Positions 49,302-58,582 of a stretch of 64,000 bases of DNA are shown here, piece after piece. Each line of letters opens with the position of its first letter. Positions within the stretch are counted from its first letter, which is position 1. The stretch is taken from NCBI GenBank assembly GCA_964361825.1, contig CAYICB010000002.1:5845-69844 (forward strand). The letters run 5' to 3'. This DNA comes from an uncultured Candidatus Saccharibacteria bacterium. GTDB taxonomy: Bacteria > Patescibacteriota > Minisyncoccia > Phycocordibacterales > JACOZG01. Below the pieces are notes generated by a model. The model was not told where the DNA came from, did no database searches, and was given only the letters and a program-made list of their open reading frames with translations. Both the position numbers and the translations under genes were made by a program.

Positions 49302-49790
49302 GTGCAAGAAGATCCTTGGCAGAAAAAGAAGGAAGAGTTGCAAAGACAAATGGACGCTTGGGTAAAAACAACCGGGTTAATCCCCAGCACATCTAGGGTG
49401 GAGGTGTTGGTGGTGGTAAAAACAAGCGAGCAACTCCAAGCGAGTCTGCCACCATTCAAAATTGCTAATCGATCTCAAGATGGCACTAGCTTGGTACATC
49501 GCCCCTTAAATGAAAGTGAGGTGACGCAAATCCTTAGTCTTCCTTTCATCGACGTAGAAAAAAAGTTAATTACTTTGTTGGTCGAAAACGACAACCGACC
49601 ACTGACAAATAAACAACTCGTAGCAAACAAACTGGATTGCTACTTCTACAGTCAACCCAGTGCAAAGCTGAACAAGCTCTTTCGAGACAAGGGGGCACCT
49701 TTTCGTTTTCGAAAAATGCGGTCTGGAAGTAGGCGAGATCGAACGCTGGTTATCGCTTACGCCCTTTGCATGATCGAAACCAAGATTTGA
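49302..49790 (+). CDS. hypothetical protein
   Basis: AAGGAGGT SD before GTG 49302; hairpin+T tract after the stop. Confidence 0.55.
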   Translation: MQEDPWQKKKEELQRQMDAWVKTTGLIPSTSRVEVLVVVKTSEQLQASLPPFKIANRSQDGTSLVHRPLNESEVTQILSLPFIDVEKKLITLLVENDNRPLTNKQLVANKLDCYFYSQPSAKLNKLFRDKGAPFRFRKMRSGSRRDRTLVIAYALCMIETKI

Positions 49791-49810
49791 GCGACCGCAA
49801 CCACCCGCCA

Positions 49811-49837
49811 GATGTTTGACATCCGATGTCACACATC
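49811..49837. repeat. REP-like palindrome variant GATGTTTGACATC-C-GATGTCACACATC
   Basis: 13-bp arms with one mismatch; shares the ACATCCGATGT core with the RAYT palindrome. Confidence 0.7.
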
Positions 49838-49888
49838 CACGGCGGGTTTTCTTTTGTCTTTTTGCCGAAAAGAGCCTAGAATGGCGTG

Positions 49889-51187
49889 ATGCCAAATGAT
49901 GAGCGGTTTATTATTGACGGCCTAAATTTGCCTACCGAGCAAAAGTTTTTGACGGGTAAAATTGCTGTCAGCGGAGCCAAAAATGACGCTTTGCCAGCTT
50001 TTGCCTCCAGCCTACTTTTTCGCGATACTCTTAAACTAAGCAATGTACCAGAAATTTCTGACATCACAGCAATGGCTAAATTGCTTGAAGTTTTGGGAGT
50101 AAAAACGGAGCCAAAAGCAGGTGGCCGATGGGAACTCTTTAGTGGCAAAAGTCCGTCCGCTACTCTTGAACCAGATATCGCCAAGCACTTCCGTGGTTCG
50201 GTGATTCTGCTTGGTCCAGTGCTCGCGAGAACGGGCGAAGTAATTTTTCCTCATCCCGGCGGTTGCGTGATCGGCGAGCGACCGATTGACCTCTTTTTAT
50301 CCGGCTTCCAAAAAATGGGGGCAGAAATTATCGAAAGCGATCACTCTTATGCCCTCCGCGCACCCAAAGGTCTCCACGGCGCCGAAATCTTTTTCAAACA
50401 TCAAACTGTTACCGCGACCGAGACCTTAATGATGGCCGCCGTGCTTGCTCAAGGCAAAACCGTGCTCAAAAATGCCGCTATGGAGCCCGAAGTGGTGGCG
50501 CTAGGCGAATTTTTAATTAAAGCCGGAGCTAAAATTAAGGGTTTGGGTAGTTCGACCATCGAGATTACCGGCCGCGGTGGCAAATTGCTTTCAGCCGCCA
50601 AATTAACGCGCAAAATTATTCCTGATCGTATTGAAGCGGGGAGTTTTGTCATTTTAGGCGCTTTGGCGGGGAAAAATTTTACCGTCACCAATCTCGAGCC
50701 AAAGCACCTAGAGTCGCTCACCAGCCTTCTCCTTGAGATGGGAATTAAGCTCAAAATTGAGACGAGCGCCATCACCATTCTCGAGCGCGCTACCACGCTT
50801 AAACCCATCAATCTCCGCACCCATGAGTACCCGGGCTTCCCCACCGATCTCCAAGCGCCCATGGCCGTGCTCCTCACTCAAGCCACTGGTCGGAGCGCCA
50901 TCTTCGAAACAATTTTTGAGGGTCGACTTGGTTATCTCGAAACGCTCAAATTGATGGGCGCTCAAGCTTGGATTCATGATCCGCATCAAGCCAGCCTTGA
51001 GGGGCCAACCCCCCTAAGAGCGCAAGAGGTCACAAGCCCCGACCTCCGCGCCGGTCTGGCTTATATTCTGGCGGGGACTATCGCTCGAGGAAAAACGGTG
51101 GTGCACAATGGCCACTATGTGGATCGCGGTTATGCCAAAATTGAAGCAAAATTACGCGGCGTGGGAGTAACAATTAGCAAAGAGTAA
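49889..51187 (+). CDS. murA: UDP-N-acetylglucosamine 1-carboxyvinyltransferase
   Basis: SGAKN, PGGC.IG.RP, PDRIE, PGFPTDLQ, DLRAG. Confidence 0.96.
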   Translation: MPNDERFIIDGLNLPTEQKFLTGKIAVSGAKNDALPAFASSLLFRDTLKLSNVPEISDITAMAKLLEVLGVKTEPKAGGRWELFSGKSPSATLEPDIAKHFRGSVILLGPVLARTGEVIFPHPGGCVIGERPIDLFLSGFQKMGAEIIESDHSYALRAPKGLHGAEIFFKHQTVTATETLMMAAVLAQGKTVLKNAAMEPEVVALGEFLIKAGAKIKGLGSSTIEITGRGGKLLSAAKLTRKIIPDRIEAGSFVILGALAGKNFTVTNLEPKHLESLTSLLLEMGIKLKIETSAITILERATTLKPINLRTHEYPGFPTDLQAPMAVLLTQATGRSAIFETIFEGRLGYLETLKLMGAQAWIHDPHQASLEGPTPLRAQEVTSPDLRAGLAYILAGTIARGKTVVHNGHYVDRGYAKIEAKLRGVGVTISKE

Positions 51188-52204
51188 ATGTCTTTATTTA
51201 TCCGTCAGCTTGGGATTGATTTAGGGACGGCCAACACTCTCGTTTTTGTGCCCGGCAAAGGGATTGTGCTCAATGAGCCCTCGGTCGTAGCGATCTCCCT
51301 TACTACCAACCGGATTGTGGCTGTGGGCTTAGACGCCAAAGAGATGATTGGCCGCACGCCCGATACTATCCGCGCTTATCGACCCATGAAGGATGGCGTG
51401 ATTGCCGATTATCGCGTCACGGAGGCGATGCTCCGTTATTACATTAATAAAGCGCTCGGCAAATTTAATATCTGGAAGCCAGAAGTAATGATTTCGGTGC
51501 CAGCCGGAGTAACCTCCACCGAGCGCCGCGCCGTCATTGAGGCGGCAATTAAGGCGGGAGCAAAAAGTGCCTATGTGGTTAAAGAACCGATTCTCGCCGC
51601 TATTGGCGCCGGCGTCCTCATCCAAGAGGCGCGGGGGCATATGATTGTGGATATTGGCGGTGGTACCACCGATGTGGCGGTGATCTCGCTGGGAGGCATT
51701 GTGGCCGCCACCTCGGTGAAGCATGCGGGTAATAAATTGGATCAAGCGATCGTGGAATACATCAAGAAAACCTTTAATCTCGCGATTGGTGATAAAACCG
51801 CCGAGGAGGTAAAAATTAAGATTGGCTCGGCGGTGCCGCTTGAGGATGAGCTGGTGCACACCATTAAGGGCCGCGACCTGATGAGTGGCCTACCGCGCTT
51901 TGCTGAAGTGCGAACCAATGAGATTGCCCGTGCCGTAGAGCCAGAATTAAAAGAGATTATTAAAGCCATTAAAGTGGTATTGCAAGAAACACCGCCAGAA
52001 TTATCGGCCGATATTATTGATCAGGGGATTATTATGAGCGGCGGTTCTTCTCTCTTGCGCAATTTCCCCGAACTGGTTTATCGCCGCACAGGAGTTAAGG
52101 CCTCGGTGGCCGAGGATGCCCTCTTTTGCGTCGTTAAAGGTACCGGCGTGGCCCTCGAGCACTTGGGCACTTACAAGCGACGCATTTTGGCCAAAAAACG
52201 CTAA
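51188..52204 (+). CDS. mreB: rod shape-determining protein MreB/Mbl, paralog 1
   Basis: GIDLGTANT, DIGGGTT, AE..KI.IG. Confidence 0.95.
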   Translation: MSLFIRQLGIDLGTANTLVFVPGKGIVLNEPSVVAISLTTNRIVAVGLDAKEMIGRTPDTIRAYRPMKDGVIADYRVTEAMLRYYINKALGKFNIWKPEVMISVPAGVTSTERRAVIEAAIKAGAKSAYVVKEPILAAIGAGVLIQEARGHMIVDIGGGTTDVAVISLGGIVAATSVKHAGNKLDQAIVEYIKKTFNLAIGDKTAEEVKIKIGSAVPLEDELVHTIKGRDLMSGLPRFAEVRTNEIARAVEPELKEIIKAIKVVLQETPPELSADIIDQGIIMSGGSSLLRNFPELVYRRTGVKASVAEDALFCVVKGTGVALEHLGTYKRRILAKKR

Positions 52205-52206
52205 GG

Positions 52207-52827
52207 ATGAAACTCGAGCATCATGCCTATTTAATAATCAGTGCGGAGGAAACAACTTTAATTGCCGACTTAAAAAAAGACTACCCCGAAGCCAATCATC
52301 AAAAATTTGAGCGCTTGGGGATTGAAGATAGTCGCGCGCTCGCGCTGGATCAAAGCCAAACCAATTGGCATGGGCACAAAAAAATTTTTATTCTTGAGAT
52401 TAATGATGCCACCATTGAGGCCCAAAACGCTTTGCTAAAAATGCTAGAGGAACCCACGGCCGAAACTCACTTTTTCCTCATCGTGCCAAATGCCGAAATT
52501 TTGCTCCCCACCGTCCGCTCCCGTCTCCAAACCCTAAGGGTAACCCTTAAAGACCCAAGGTGCGACCTTAATACCCAAACCGCCCAAGAATTCCTCGCCC
52601 TGATCCCAGCCAAACGCCTCGAATGGCTAAAAAATACCGATTTACCAAACAATTTTCTCGACCAGCTCGAAGTGGCAATGTTCAAACCCCAAGGTCGCAC
52701 CTTAAAAACCCAAAATTCAAGGTGCGACCTTAAATCATGGCCTGACCTCACCCTCGCCCGCCGTCACTGGCGAACCCCCGGCGCCAGCCACAAACTCTTG
52801 CTAGAACACTTAGCGGTGAGTTGCTAA
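52207..52827 (+). CDS. truncated DNA polymerase III delta-prime-like protein
   Basis: HHAYLI, AQNALLKMLEEP, LLPTVRSR. Confidence 0.8.
   Translation: MKLEHHAYLIISAEETTLIADLKKDYPEANHQKFERLGIEDSRALALDQSQTNWHGHKKIFILEINDATIEAQNALLKMLEEPTAETHFFLIVPNAEILLPTVRSRLQTLRVTLKDPRCDLNTQTAQEFLALIPAKRLEWLKNTDLPNNFLDQLEVAMFKPQGRTLKTQNSRCDLKSWPDLTLARRHWRTPGASHKLLLEHLAVSC
52535..52569 (+). repeat. in-frame doublet element TAAGGGTAACCCTTA-AAGACCC-AAGGTGCGACCTT
   Basis: two short palindromes; encodes LRVTLKDPRCDL. Confidence 0.8.
52691..52731 (+). repeat. in-frame doublet element AAGGTCGCACCTT-AAAAACCCAAAATTC-AAGGTGCGACCTT
   Basis: perfect 13-bp inverted pair; encodes QGRTLKTQNSRCDL. Confidence 0.85.
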
Positions 52828-52934
52828 AATCGACAAAAAACCCTTGACAAGAGGGGTGCGTTATGATAGCTTGTCTCGCATTGGGGTTGTGTATATCCCA
52901 AAATGATTTAGCTCTTTGAAATGGAGAAAATTGT

Positions 52935-53666
52935 GTGAACACAAACCAAGAAAGGACGCGAGAAATTTTTCGAGGGTCTTTTGAGGAATGCCTTGAGCAC
53001 TACAGTCGGGGTATCGAAGAGGAGGCACCAAAGTTTTCCAACAAAGCCAATGATGCAAGAAGGCCTCTAGCCAACTTCTGCTCTGTAGAAGTCAGCTGTG
53101 TCTATAATTGGCTGAGGGGAAAAACGTGCCCAACAGGAGAGCCCCGCCTAAAGACCACCTGCTTTCTCGATCTCCATGGCTACCGAATAGTTGAGTTCGA
53201 AAATCTCGAGCCAACTATTCGCCACTTTGGAGAGTTGTGGGGGTATGGAGTTTTAGATAGAGCTCAGGTCACAAGAATCCTTGCCTATGTCATGGACCAC
53301 GCCGTGTTTCGGGTCATTAACGGCAGAGAGTCCGTTGGCCAAGAACGAAAAGAAAGGATGTGGAAAACTTGGCTTGAGAACAAAAAGGCACTGAAAACCA
53401 AAAAAGAGGAGTGGCTCGTACTTTTAGGCCTTGACGCCTTAAAGCCAAACACGGTAGCCATCGCAACGGCCAAAACGGCGACCGCACTAACCTCTCTATT
53501 GGAGCTTTGCAAACCGTCAGATTTTTCCGCAGAAGATCGCGTTTTGTTGTCTTCATTACATGATCAACTGAACAGGTTTTCTTCGGAATCTCTGGGGGTG
53601 GAAAAATTCTACCCCCCAAAACTGATTACCAGTGATGAGGGGGTGGTGCATGAAACAGCAGTATGA
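52935..53666 (+). CDS. hypothetical protein with possible HTH
   Basis: LA.F..V....V.NWL.G...P; TTGACA at 52844 upstream. Confidence 0.6.
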   Translation: MNTNQERTREIFRGSFEECLEHYSRGIEEEAPKFSNKANDARRPLANFCSVEVSCVYNWLRGKTCPTGEPRLKTTCFLDLHGYRIVEFENLEPTIRHFGELWGYGVLDRAQVTRILAYVMDHAVFRVINGRESVGQERKERMWKTWLENKKALKTKKEEWLVLLGLDALKPNTVAIATAKTATALTSLLELCKPSDFSAEDRVLLSSLHDQLNRFSSESLGVEKFYPPKLITSDEGVVHETAV

Positions 53667-53916
53667 AGCAATGGTCGAGAAGGTGATCGCGAACGGTAAA
53701 CATGGTTCATATGCCGTTGCTACACATAAAAAACTGGGCAAAATCACCTTTTCCCTAGACCACAAAGTTTGGAAAGAGAAAGAAACTCCAGACGCAGGTA
53801 GTCTGGTAATTCTTCAGAGTGTTCGAAAGAAGCGCGCCGGTTGGCGTGCTGAACAAGCGCGGTTCTTCACACCAGAAGATCAGCAAACAGAAAAGAGAAA
53901 GGAAAACAGCGAATGA
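53650..53916 (+). CDS. small beta-rich hypothetical protein
   Basis: GAGGGG SD, overlaps both neighbours. Confidence 0.65.
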   Translation: MKQQYEAMVEKVIANGKHGSYAVATHKKLGKITFSLDHKVWKEKETPDAGSLVILQSVRKKRAGWRAEQARFFTPEDQQTEKRKENSE

Positions 53917-54764
53917 ACGGGAATGCAGGGATGAAAACGAAAAAGACCGGTCGAACAATCAAGGTCAGGATCGACAATCTGGACATCAACCTCTTTGTGC
54001 GAGAGTCATTGGACCACGATCATGCCATCAAGATCGCTCTCATGATGGAGAATGGTGTGAAGTTCCAACCCATTCAAATCACAGAAGGTCTGGTGGTGGT
54101 TGATGGTCGCCACAGGATCGAAGCGCACAAAATCAATAACCAAACTGATATTTGGGCAGAGGTGGTGACGGTCGAAGGAGAGACTGACCTCATTAGAAGG
54201 GCGTATCTCGCCAATGTGGGTGGCGCCCTACCCCCAACCGTCGCTGACACGGAGCACACCATCCGCTTGTTGCTTGAGCGCCAAGTACCAAAAAAGCAAA
54301 TTGGGGAGTTACTCTCAATGCCTCCCGACCTAGCGAAAAGGTATGTGGACAATGTGCAATCTCGTCTGAATCGGGCAAAACTGATGAGGGCGGTGGAGGC
54401 GGTAACTCAAGGCGGTCTCAATGTTCCTCAAGCGGCAGAAAATCACGGGGTTGATCAAAAAAAACTTCGCGATTTCTTATCTGGCAACAAACGCAAGCAA
54501 AAGGTAAATGCCATCGAAGAAGTCAAGAAGGGACTCACCAGGAGCCACCAATCCTTGAGTTTGCGCAACGCCAATGTGTTCCGAACTCTTTTGAAAAAAG
54601 TTCAGGATGGGGACATCTCGTTCAAACAAGCAGAGGATGTTTTTGAGCACGTTGATCACATGCGCAAAAGCGCGGAGCGGGCTTTGAACGACTGGAAATC
54701 AAGGTTTCGCGCCCTCACGGCACCAGACAATGAAAACCCGATCGTGAAAAACAAAACCGCTTAG
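53913..54764 (+). CDS. ParB/Srx N-terminal domain protein
   Basis: PI......VVDGRHRIEA, followed by helical segments. Confidence 0.8.
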   Translation: MNGNAGMKTKKTGRTIKVRIDNLDINLFVRESLDHDHAIKIALMMENGVKFQPIQITEGLVVVDGRHRIEAHKINNQTDIWAEVVTVEGETDLIRRAYLANVGGALPPTVADTEHTIRLLLERQVPKKQIGELLSMPPDLAKRYVDNVQSRLNRAKLMRAVEAVTQGGLNVPQAAENHGVDQKKLRDFLSGNKRKQKVNAIEEVKKGLTRSHQSLSLRNANVFRTLLKKVQDGDISFKQAEDVFEHVDHMRKSAERALNDWKSRFRALTAPDNENPIVKNKTA

Positions 54765-54800
54765 CGTGATGAAACGCAACACACAATAACTCCTAACAAT

Positions 54801-54836
54801 TCCCCGTGGTCTGCGGACTGCGGGGGATTTTTTTGT
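54801..54836 (+). terminator. intrinsic terminator
   Basis: TCCCCG...CGGGGGA stem plus T run. Confidence 0.65.
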
Positions 54837-54891
54837 CTCAAAAAAGATAAAATGAACCACTCCGCACCGAAAATACAGAGTGGTTAGTTGC

Positions 54892-55152
54892 TTAGCGATA
54901 AGTGTGGTCCGACTTTCGCTCAATGTCGGTGACTTTGATCAACTTTTCGTTCACCAAAACAACATAAGTAATTCGGTATTCACCAACACGGCGGCGCCAA
55001 GTGTCGATTTCGCCCTTAACTTTCCTGATGTCACCAAAATAAGGATCCTCTATTATATCCTCCAAAACTAAAAGTATTTTGCCGGCACTACTTTTTGGCA
55101 AACGCTTTAGACTTTTTTGAGCCTGATCGGCGATGTGAATTAGCCAACTCAT
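54892..55152 (-). CDS. RelE/ParE family toxin
   Basis: A.K.LKRLP, DI.KVKG...WRRRVGEYRI.Y. Confidence 0.88.
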   Translation of the reverse strand: MSWLIHIADQAQKSLKRLPKSSAGKILLVLEDIIEDPYFGDIRKVKGEIDTWRRRVGEYRITYVVLVNEKLIKVTDIERKSDHTYR

Positions 55153-55285
55153 TTTTTAATTGAGTTAAAGATACATAATTACCGCAGTTGATTTCTGTCA
55201 ATCCACGCTCATGTCGCCGCCGTTCAGCAGGAGTAAATTCCTCGAGAGCTATCGCAATTTTTTTAACCAATAAAGCATTTTTCAC
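55088..55285 (-). CDS. putative antitoxin
   Basis: upstream of and overlapping the toxin; TAACAT 7 nt before GTG. Confidence 0.55.
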   Translation of the reverse strand: MKNALLVKKIAIALEEFTPAERRRHERGLTEINCGNYVSLTQLKNELANSHRRSGSKKSKAFAKK

Positions 55286-55340
55286 GCTTTCAATGTTAGC
55301 ACATTTTCTCTTTTTACAAAACTATATTAATATACCTAGC

Positions 55341-55892
55341 ATGCACAGCTTAAGTGGATTTAAAGAAAAGGTTAAAGGAGTAGAAGATTGGCTCCGGCGG
55401 GAGCTTAGTGGGATCAGAACCGGTCGCGCCACGCCGGCTATTTTGGACGGCGTAATGGTTAAGGCTTATGGCGGCGAGCGTTTGCCTGTCTCTCACTTGG
55501 CGAGTGTGGCGGTGGAGGATGCCCGCACTTTGCGCGTAACCCCGTGGGATAAGGCGCAAGTGAAAGAAATTGAAATCGCCATTGGAACAGCCAATCTCGG
55601 GGTCTCGGTGGCGGCCGATGGTTCTGGTTTGCGCATCATCTTCCCCTCGCTCACAGAAGAAAATCGCGGTACTTTGGTCAAACTTGTGAGTAAAAAATTA
55701 GAGGAGGCGCGGATCAGTTTGCGCCGCGAGCGCGAAGAAGTGTGGAATGAAATTCAAGACAAAGAAAAAACGGGGGAGATTAGTGAAGATGCCAAATTTA
55801 AAGGCAAAACAGAATTGCAAAAACTAGTTGACGAAGCCAATGCCGGATTGGAGAAAGTTGCCGCGACTAAAGAGACGGAAATTAGGGGCTAA
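55341..55892 (+). CDS. frr: ribosome recycling factor
   Basis: IRTGRA.P.ILD, P.LTEE.R. Confidence 0.95.
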   Translation: MHSLSGFKEKVKGVEDWLRRELSGIRTGRATPAILDGVMVKAYGGERLPVSHLASVAVEDARTLRVTPWDKAQVKEIEIAIGTANLGVSVAADGSGLRIIFPSLTEENRGTLVKLVSKKLEEARISLRREREEVWNEIQDKEKTGEISEDAKFKGKTELQKLVDEANAGLEKVAATKETEIRG

Positions 55893-55916
55893 AAAACTAA
55901 ATAGCTAAATAACTAA

Positions 55917-57038
55917 ATGTCTATAATTATTTTTATCATCATTCTCGGGATTCTCATTTTTTCTCACGAGTTGGGGCACTTCTTGGCGGCCAAAAGGGTA
56001 GGGGCGCGCGTAGATGAGTTTGGCCTCGGCTTCCCGCCACGCGTGTGGGGCATAAAGCGCGGCGAAACTATTTATTCTATCAACTGGCTACCGTTTGGTG
56101 GTTTTGTGAAAATTTTTGGCGAGGATCCTGAACCTGTGGATGTCAGACATCCTCAAGAACAAAACAGGAGTCTCGCGTATAAACCCAAATATCAGCAAGC
56201 GATTGTGCTGGTGGCGGGAGTAACCTGCAATATCATTCTCGCCTGGCTCTTAATGACGCTCGGCTTTGCCACCGTGGGCCTGCCCACCTCCGAGAGCGAA
56301 GTGGGTGATAAATACCAAATTAAAAACGCCGCACTGATGGTGACGGCGGTTTTGCCCGAGTCACCAGCCAGTGAGGCTGGGCTTAAAGCAGGCGACAAAA
56401 TTCTTTCTCTCACTTCAAGCGATGGCGTGGAGGTGCTCCAAACACCGAGTGGCGAAGTGGCGCGTGAGTTTATTGCCAAATCTACCGGACCAATTGGTCT
56501 TAAGTATGAAGCGACGAACGGCGAAATCAAAGAGGTAAATGTAACCGCCACCCCCGGCCTAATTGCTAATGAACCAGAAAAACCGGCCATTGGTATTGGC
56601 CTTGAGCGCGTGGGCTTGCTCCGCTTACCACTCTATCTCGCGCCTATCGAGGGTGCACGCGCCACGCTTAATCTTACTCTCGGCACCGCGGGCGGTTTTT
56701 ATCAATTAATTTCTAGTCTCATTAAGGGTGATCGAACAATTCTTGGCCAAATTACTGGCCCAGTGGGCCTCGCTGGTATGGTGGGCGATGCCAAAGGCTT
56801 AGGCTTGGCTTATTTGATTTCTTTTACCGCCTTAATTTCGATCAATTTGGCTATTTTAAATTTAATTCCTTTTCCGGCGCTCGATGGCGGTCGCCTCCTT
56901 TTCCTCTTAATCGAGAAAATAAAAGGCTCACCAATCACGCCAAAAGTCGCCAATACCGCTAACCTGATTGGTTTCGCTTTGCTTATTTTGCTCATGCTCG
57001 CCGTAACTTACAAAGACATTGTGCGCCTCGTAAGCTAA
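55917..57038 (+). CDS. rseP: RIP metalloprotease RseP
   Basis: HELGH, PDZ domain, NLIPFPALDGG. Confidence 0.94.
   Translation: MSIIIFIIILGILIFSHELGHFLAAKRVGARVDEFGLGFPPRVWGIKRGETIYSINWLPFGGFVKIFGEDPEPVDVRHPQEQNRSLAYKPKYQQAIVLVAGVTCNIILAWLLMTLGFATVGLPTSESEVGDKYQIKNAALMVTAVLPESPASEAGLKAGDKILSLTSSDGVEVLQTPSGEVAREFIAKSTGPIGLKYEATNGEIKEVNVTATPGLIANEPEKPAIGIGLERVGLLRLPLYLAPIEGARATLNLTLGTAGGFYQLISSLIKGDRTILGQITGPVGLAGMVGDAKGLGLAYLISFTALISINLAILNLIPFPALDGGRLLFLLIEKIKGSPITPKVANTANLIGFALLILLMLAVTYKDIVRLVS
56135..56155. repeat. in-frame palindrome TGTGGATGTC-A-GACATCCTCA
   Basis: 10-bp arms, one mismatch; encodes VDVRHPQ. Confidence 0.65.
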
Positions 57039-57053
57039 GTTATAATAAAAGTG

Positions 57054-57308
57054 ATGAAAAAAGCCGAGAAAAAAATTACACTAGAAAGTTTGGCCGGAAA
57101 AGTAGAGACCCTATCTACCAAAGTAACGACATTAAGCACCACTATGGCTAAGGGATTTAAAGAAGTAAATAAATCAATCGAGGATTTAGCCCGAGCTACA
57201 GCCAAGGGTTTTGCAGAAACGGCCACCAAAGAAGAGTTGCGGGGAGTAACTGAACAATTATCTAGTCTAGAAAATCGCTTGGCCGAAGTAGAATTAATCT
57301 CACGATAA
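57054..57308 (+). CDS. small coiled-coil hypothetical protein
   Basis: TATAAT 7 nt before ATG; repeated AKGF. Confidence 0.65.
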   Translation: MKKAEKKITLESLAGKVETLSTKVTTLSTTMAKGFKEVNKSIEDLARATAKGFAETATKEELRGVTEQLSSLENRLAEVELISR

Positions 57309-57352
57309 AAAATTTAGTTGCGGATTAACCGTTTTTTCAGTAAGATTGGGCG

Positions 57353-58582
57353 ATGATGCGTCAATCGCAATTGTTTGCCCATCCTCGCAAAGAGGCGCCA
57401 AAAGATGAGGTGGCCAAAAACGCCTCGCTTTTACTCCGCGCCAGCTATATCAATAAAGAAATGGCCGGTGTTTACTCTTATTTACCTTTGGGTTTGCGGG
57501 TGTTGAAAAAGATTGAAAACTTAATTCGCGAGGAGATGAACAAACTCGGCGCGCAAGAGGTTCTTTTGCCCTCTTTACAACCAAAAGAAAATTGGCAGAA
57601 AACCGGCCGCTGGGACACCATGGATGATCTCTACAAAATCCGCGATTCGAGCGACCGTGAGTTGGCACTTGGTCCAACCCATGAAGAAGTGGTTACTCCC
57701 TTAATCGGTCAATTTTTAAATTCATATCAAGATTTTCCTCTCGCGGTTTATCAATTCCAAAATAAATTCCGGATGGAGAAGCGCGCCAAGTCCGGCCTCT
57801 TGCGTGGGCGTGAGTTTATGATGAAGGATCTCTACTCCTTCCATCGCGATGAGGCTGATTTAAACCCTTTTTATGAGCGCGTAATTACCGCGTATCAAAA
57901 CATTTTTAATGCTGTTGGTCTTGGCGAGAAAACCTATTTAACCCTCGCTTCTGGTGGCGCTTTCAGCGAAGAATTTTCCCATGAATTCCAAACAATTACC
58001 GAGTCTGGAGAAGACACTGTTCACTTGTGCGAAACCTGTAAACTGGCAATCAATGACGAAATTTTCGACAAACAAAAGAATTGTCCCAAGTGTGGTAGCA
58101 ACAAACTCGAAACAAAAAAGTCGATTGAGGTTGGTAATATTTTCAAACTCGGGACCAAGTATACTGATGCTTTTACGGTAAATTATAAAAACGAAACAGG
58201 GGAGACCAAACGACCAATTATGGGTTGTTACGGTCTTGGTCTGGGCCGATTGATGGGCACCGTGGCCGAGGTGTTAAGTGATGAAAATGGCTTAGTGTGG
58301 CCGCAAAATATCGCTTCTCATGATCTACATCTCATTGAGCTGGGGGTGCAAAACCCCGCTCTGCTCGAAAGTTTAGAGAAAGCTGGGGTAGAAATTTTGC
58401 TTGACGATCGCGACAAGCGAGCGGGGGAAAAATTTGCCGAAGCGGATCTCTTGGGTTTGCCTTGGCGTCTCGTCATTAGTGAGAAGAGTAATGATGGTCA
58501 CTGGGAGCTAAAAAATCGCCGTAGTGGAGAAATTCTAACCCTCAAAGATGCTTCAGAAATTTTACGAACTATTCAGAAATGA
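57353..58582 (+). CDS. proS: proline--tRNA ligase, short form without editing insertion
   Basis: LGPTHEE, GLLRGREF.MKD.YSF, IEVGNIF.LG, MGCYG. Confidence 0.95.
   Translation: MMRQSQLFAHPRKEAPKDEVAKNASLLLRASYINKEMAGVYSYLPLGLRVLKKIENLIREEMNKLGAQEVLLPSLQPKENWQKTGRWDTMDDLYKIRDSSDRELALGPTHEEVVTPLIGQFLNSYQDFPLAVYQFQNKFRMEKRAKSGLLRGREFMMKDLYSFHRDEADLNPFYERVITAYQNIFNAVGLGEKTYLTLASGGAFSEEFSHEFQTITESGEDTVHLCETCKLAINDEIFDKQKNCPKCGSNKLETKKSIEVGNIFKLGTKYTDAFTVNYKNETGETKRPIMGCYGLGLGRLMGTVAEVLSDENGLVWPQNIASHDLHLIELGVQNPALLESLEKAGVEILLDDRDKRAGEKFAEADLLGLPWRLVISEKSNDGHWELKNRRSGEILTLKDASEILRTIQK

Noticed and set aside
55896-55918. Short ACTAAATAGCTAAATAACTAAAT tandem between frr and rseP
   Set aside because: Only three AT-rich 8-mers and no other copy noticed; too weak to call.
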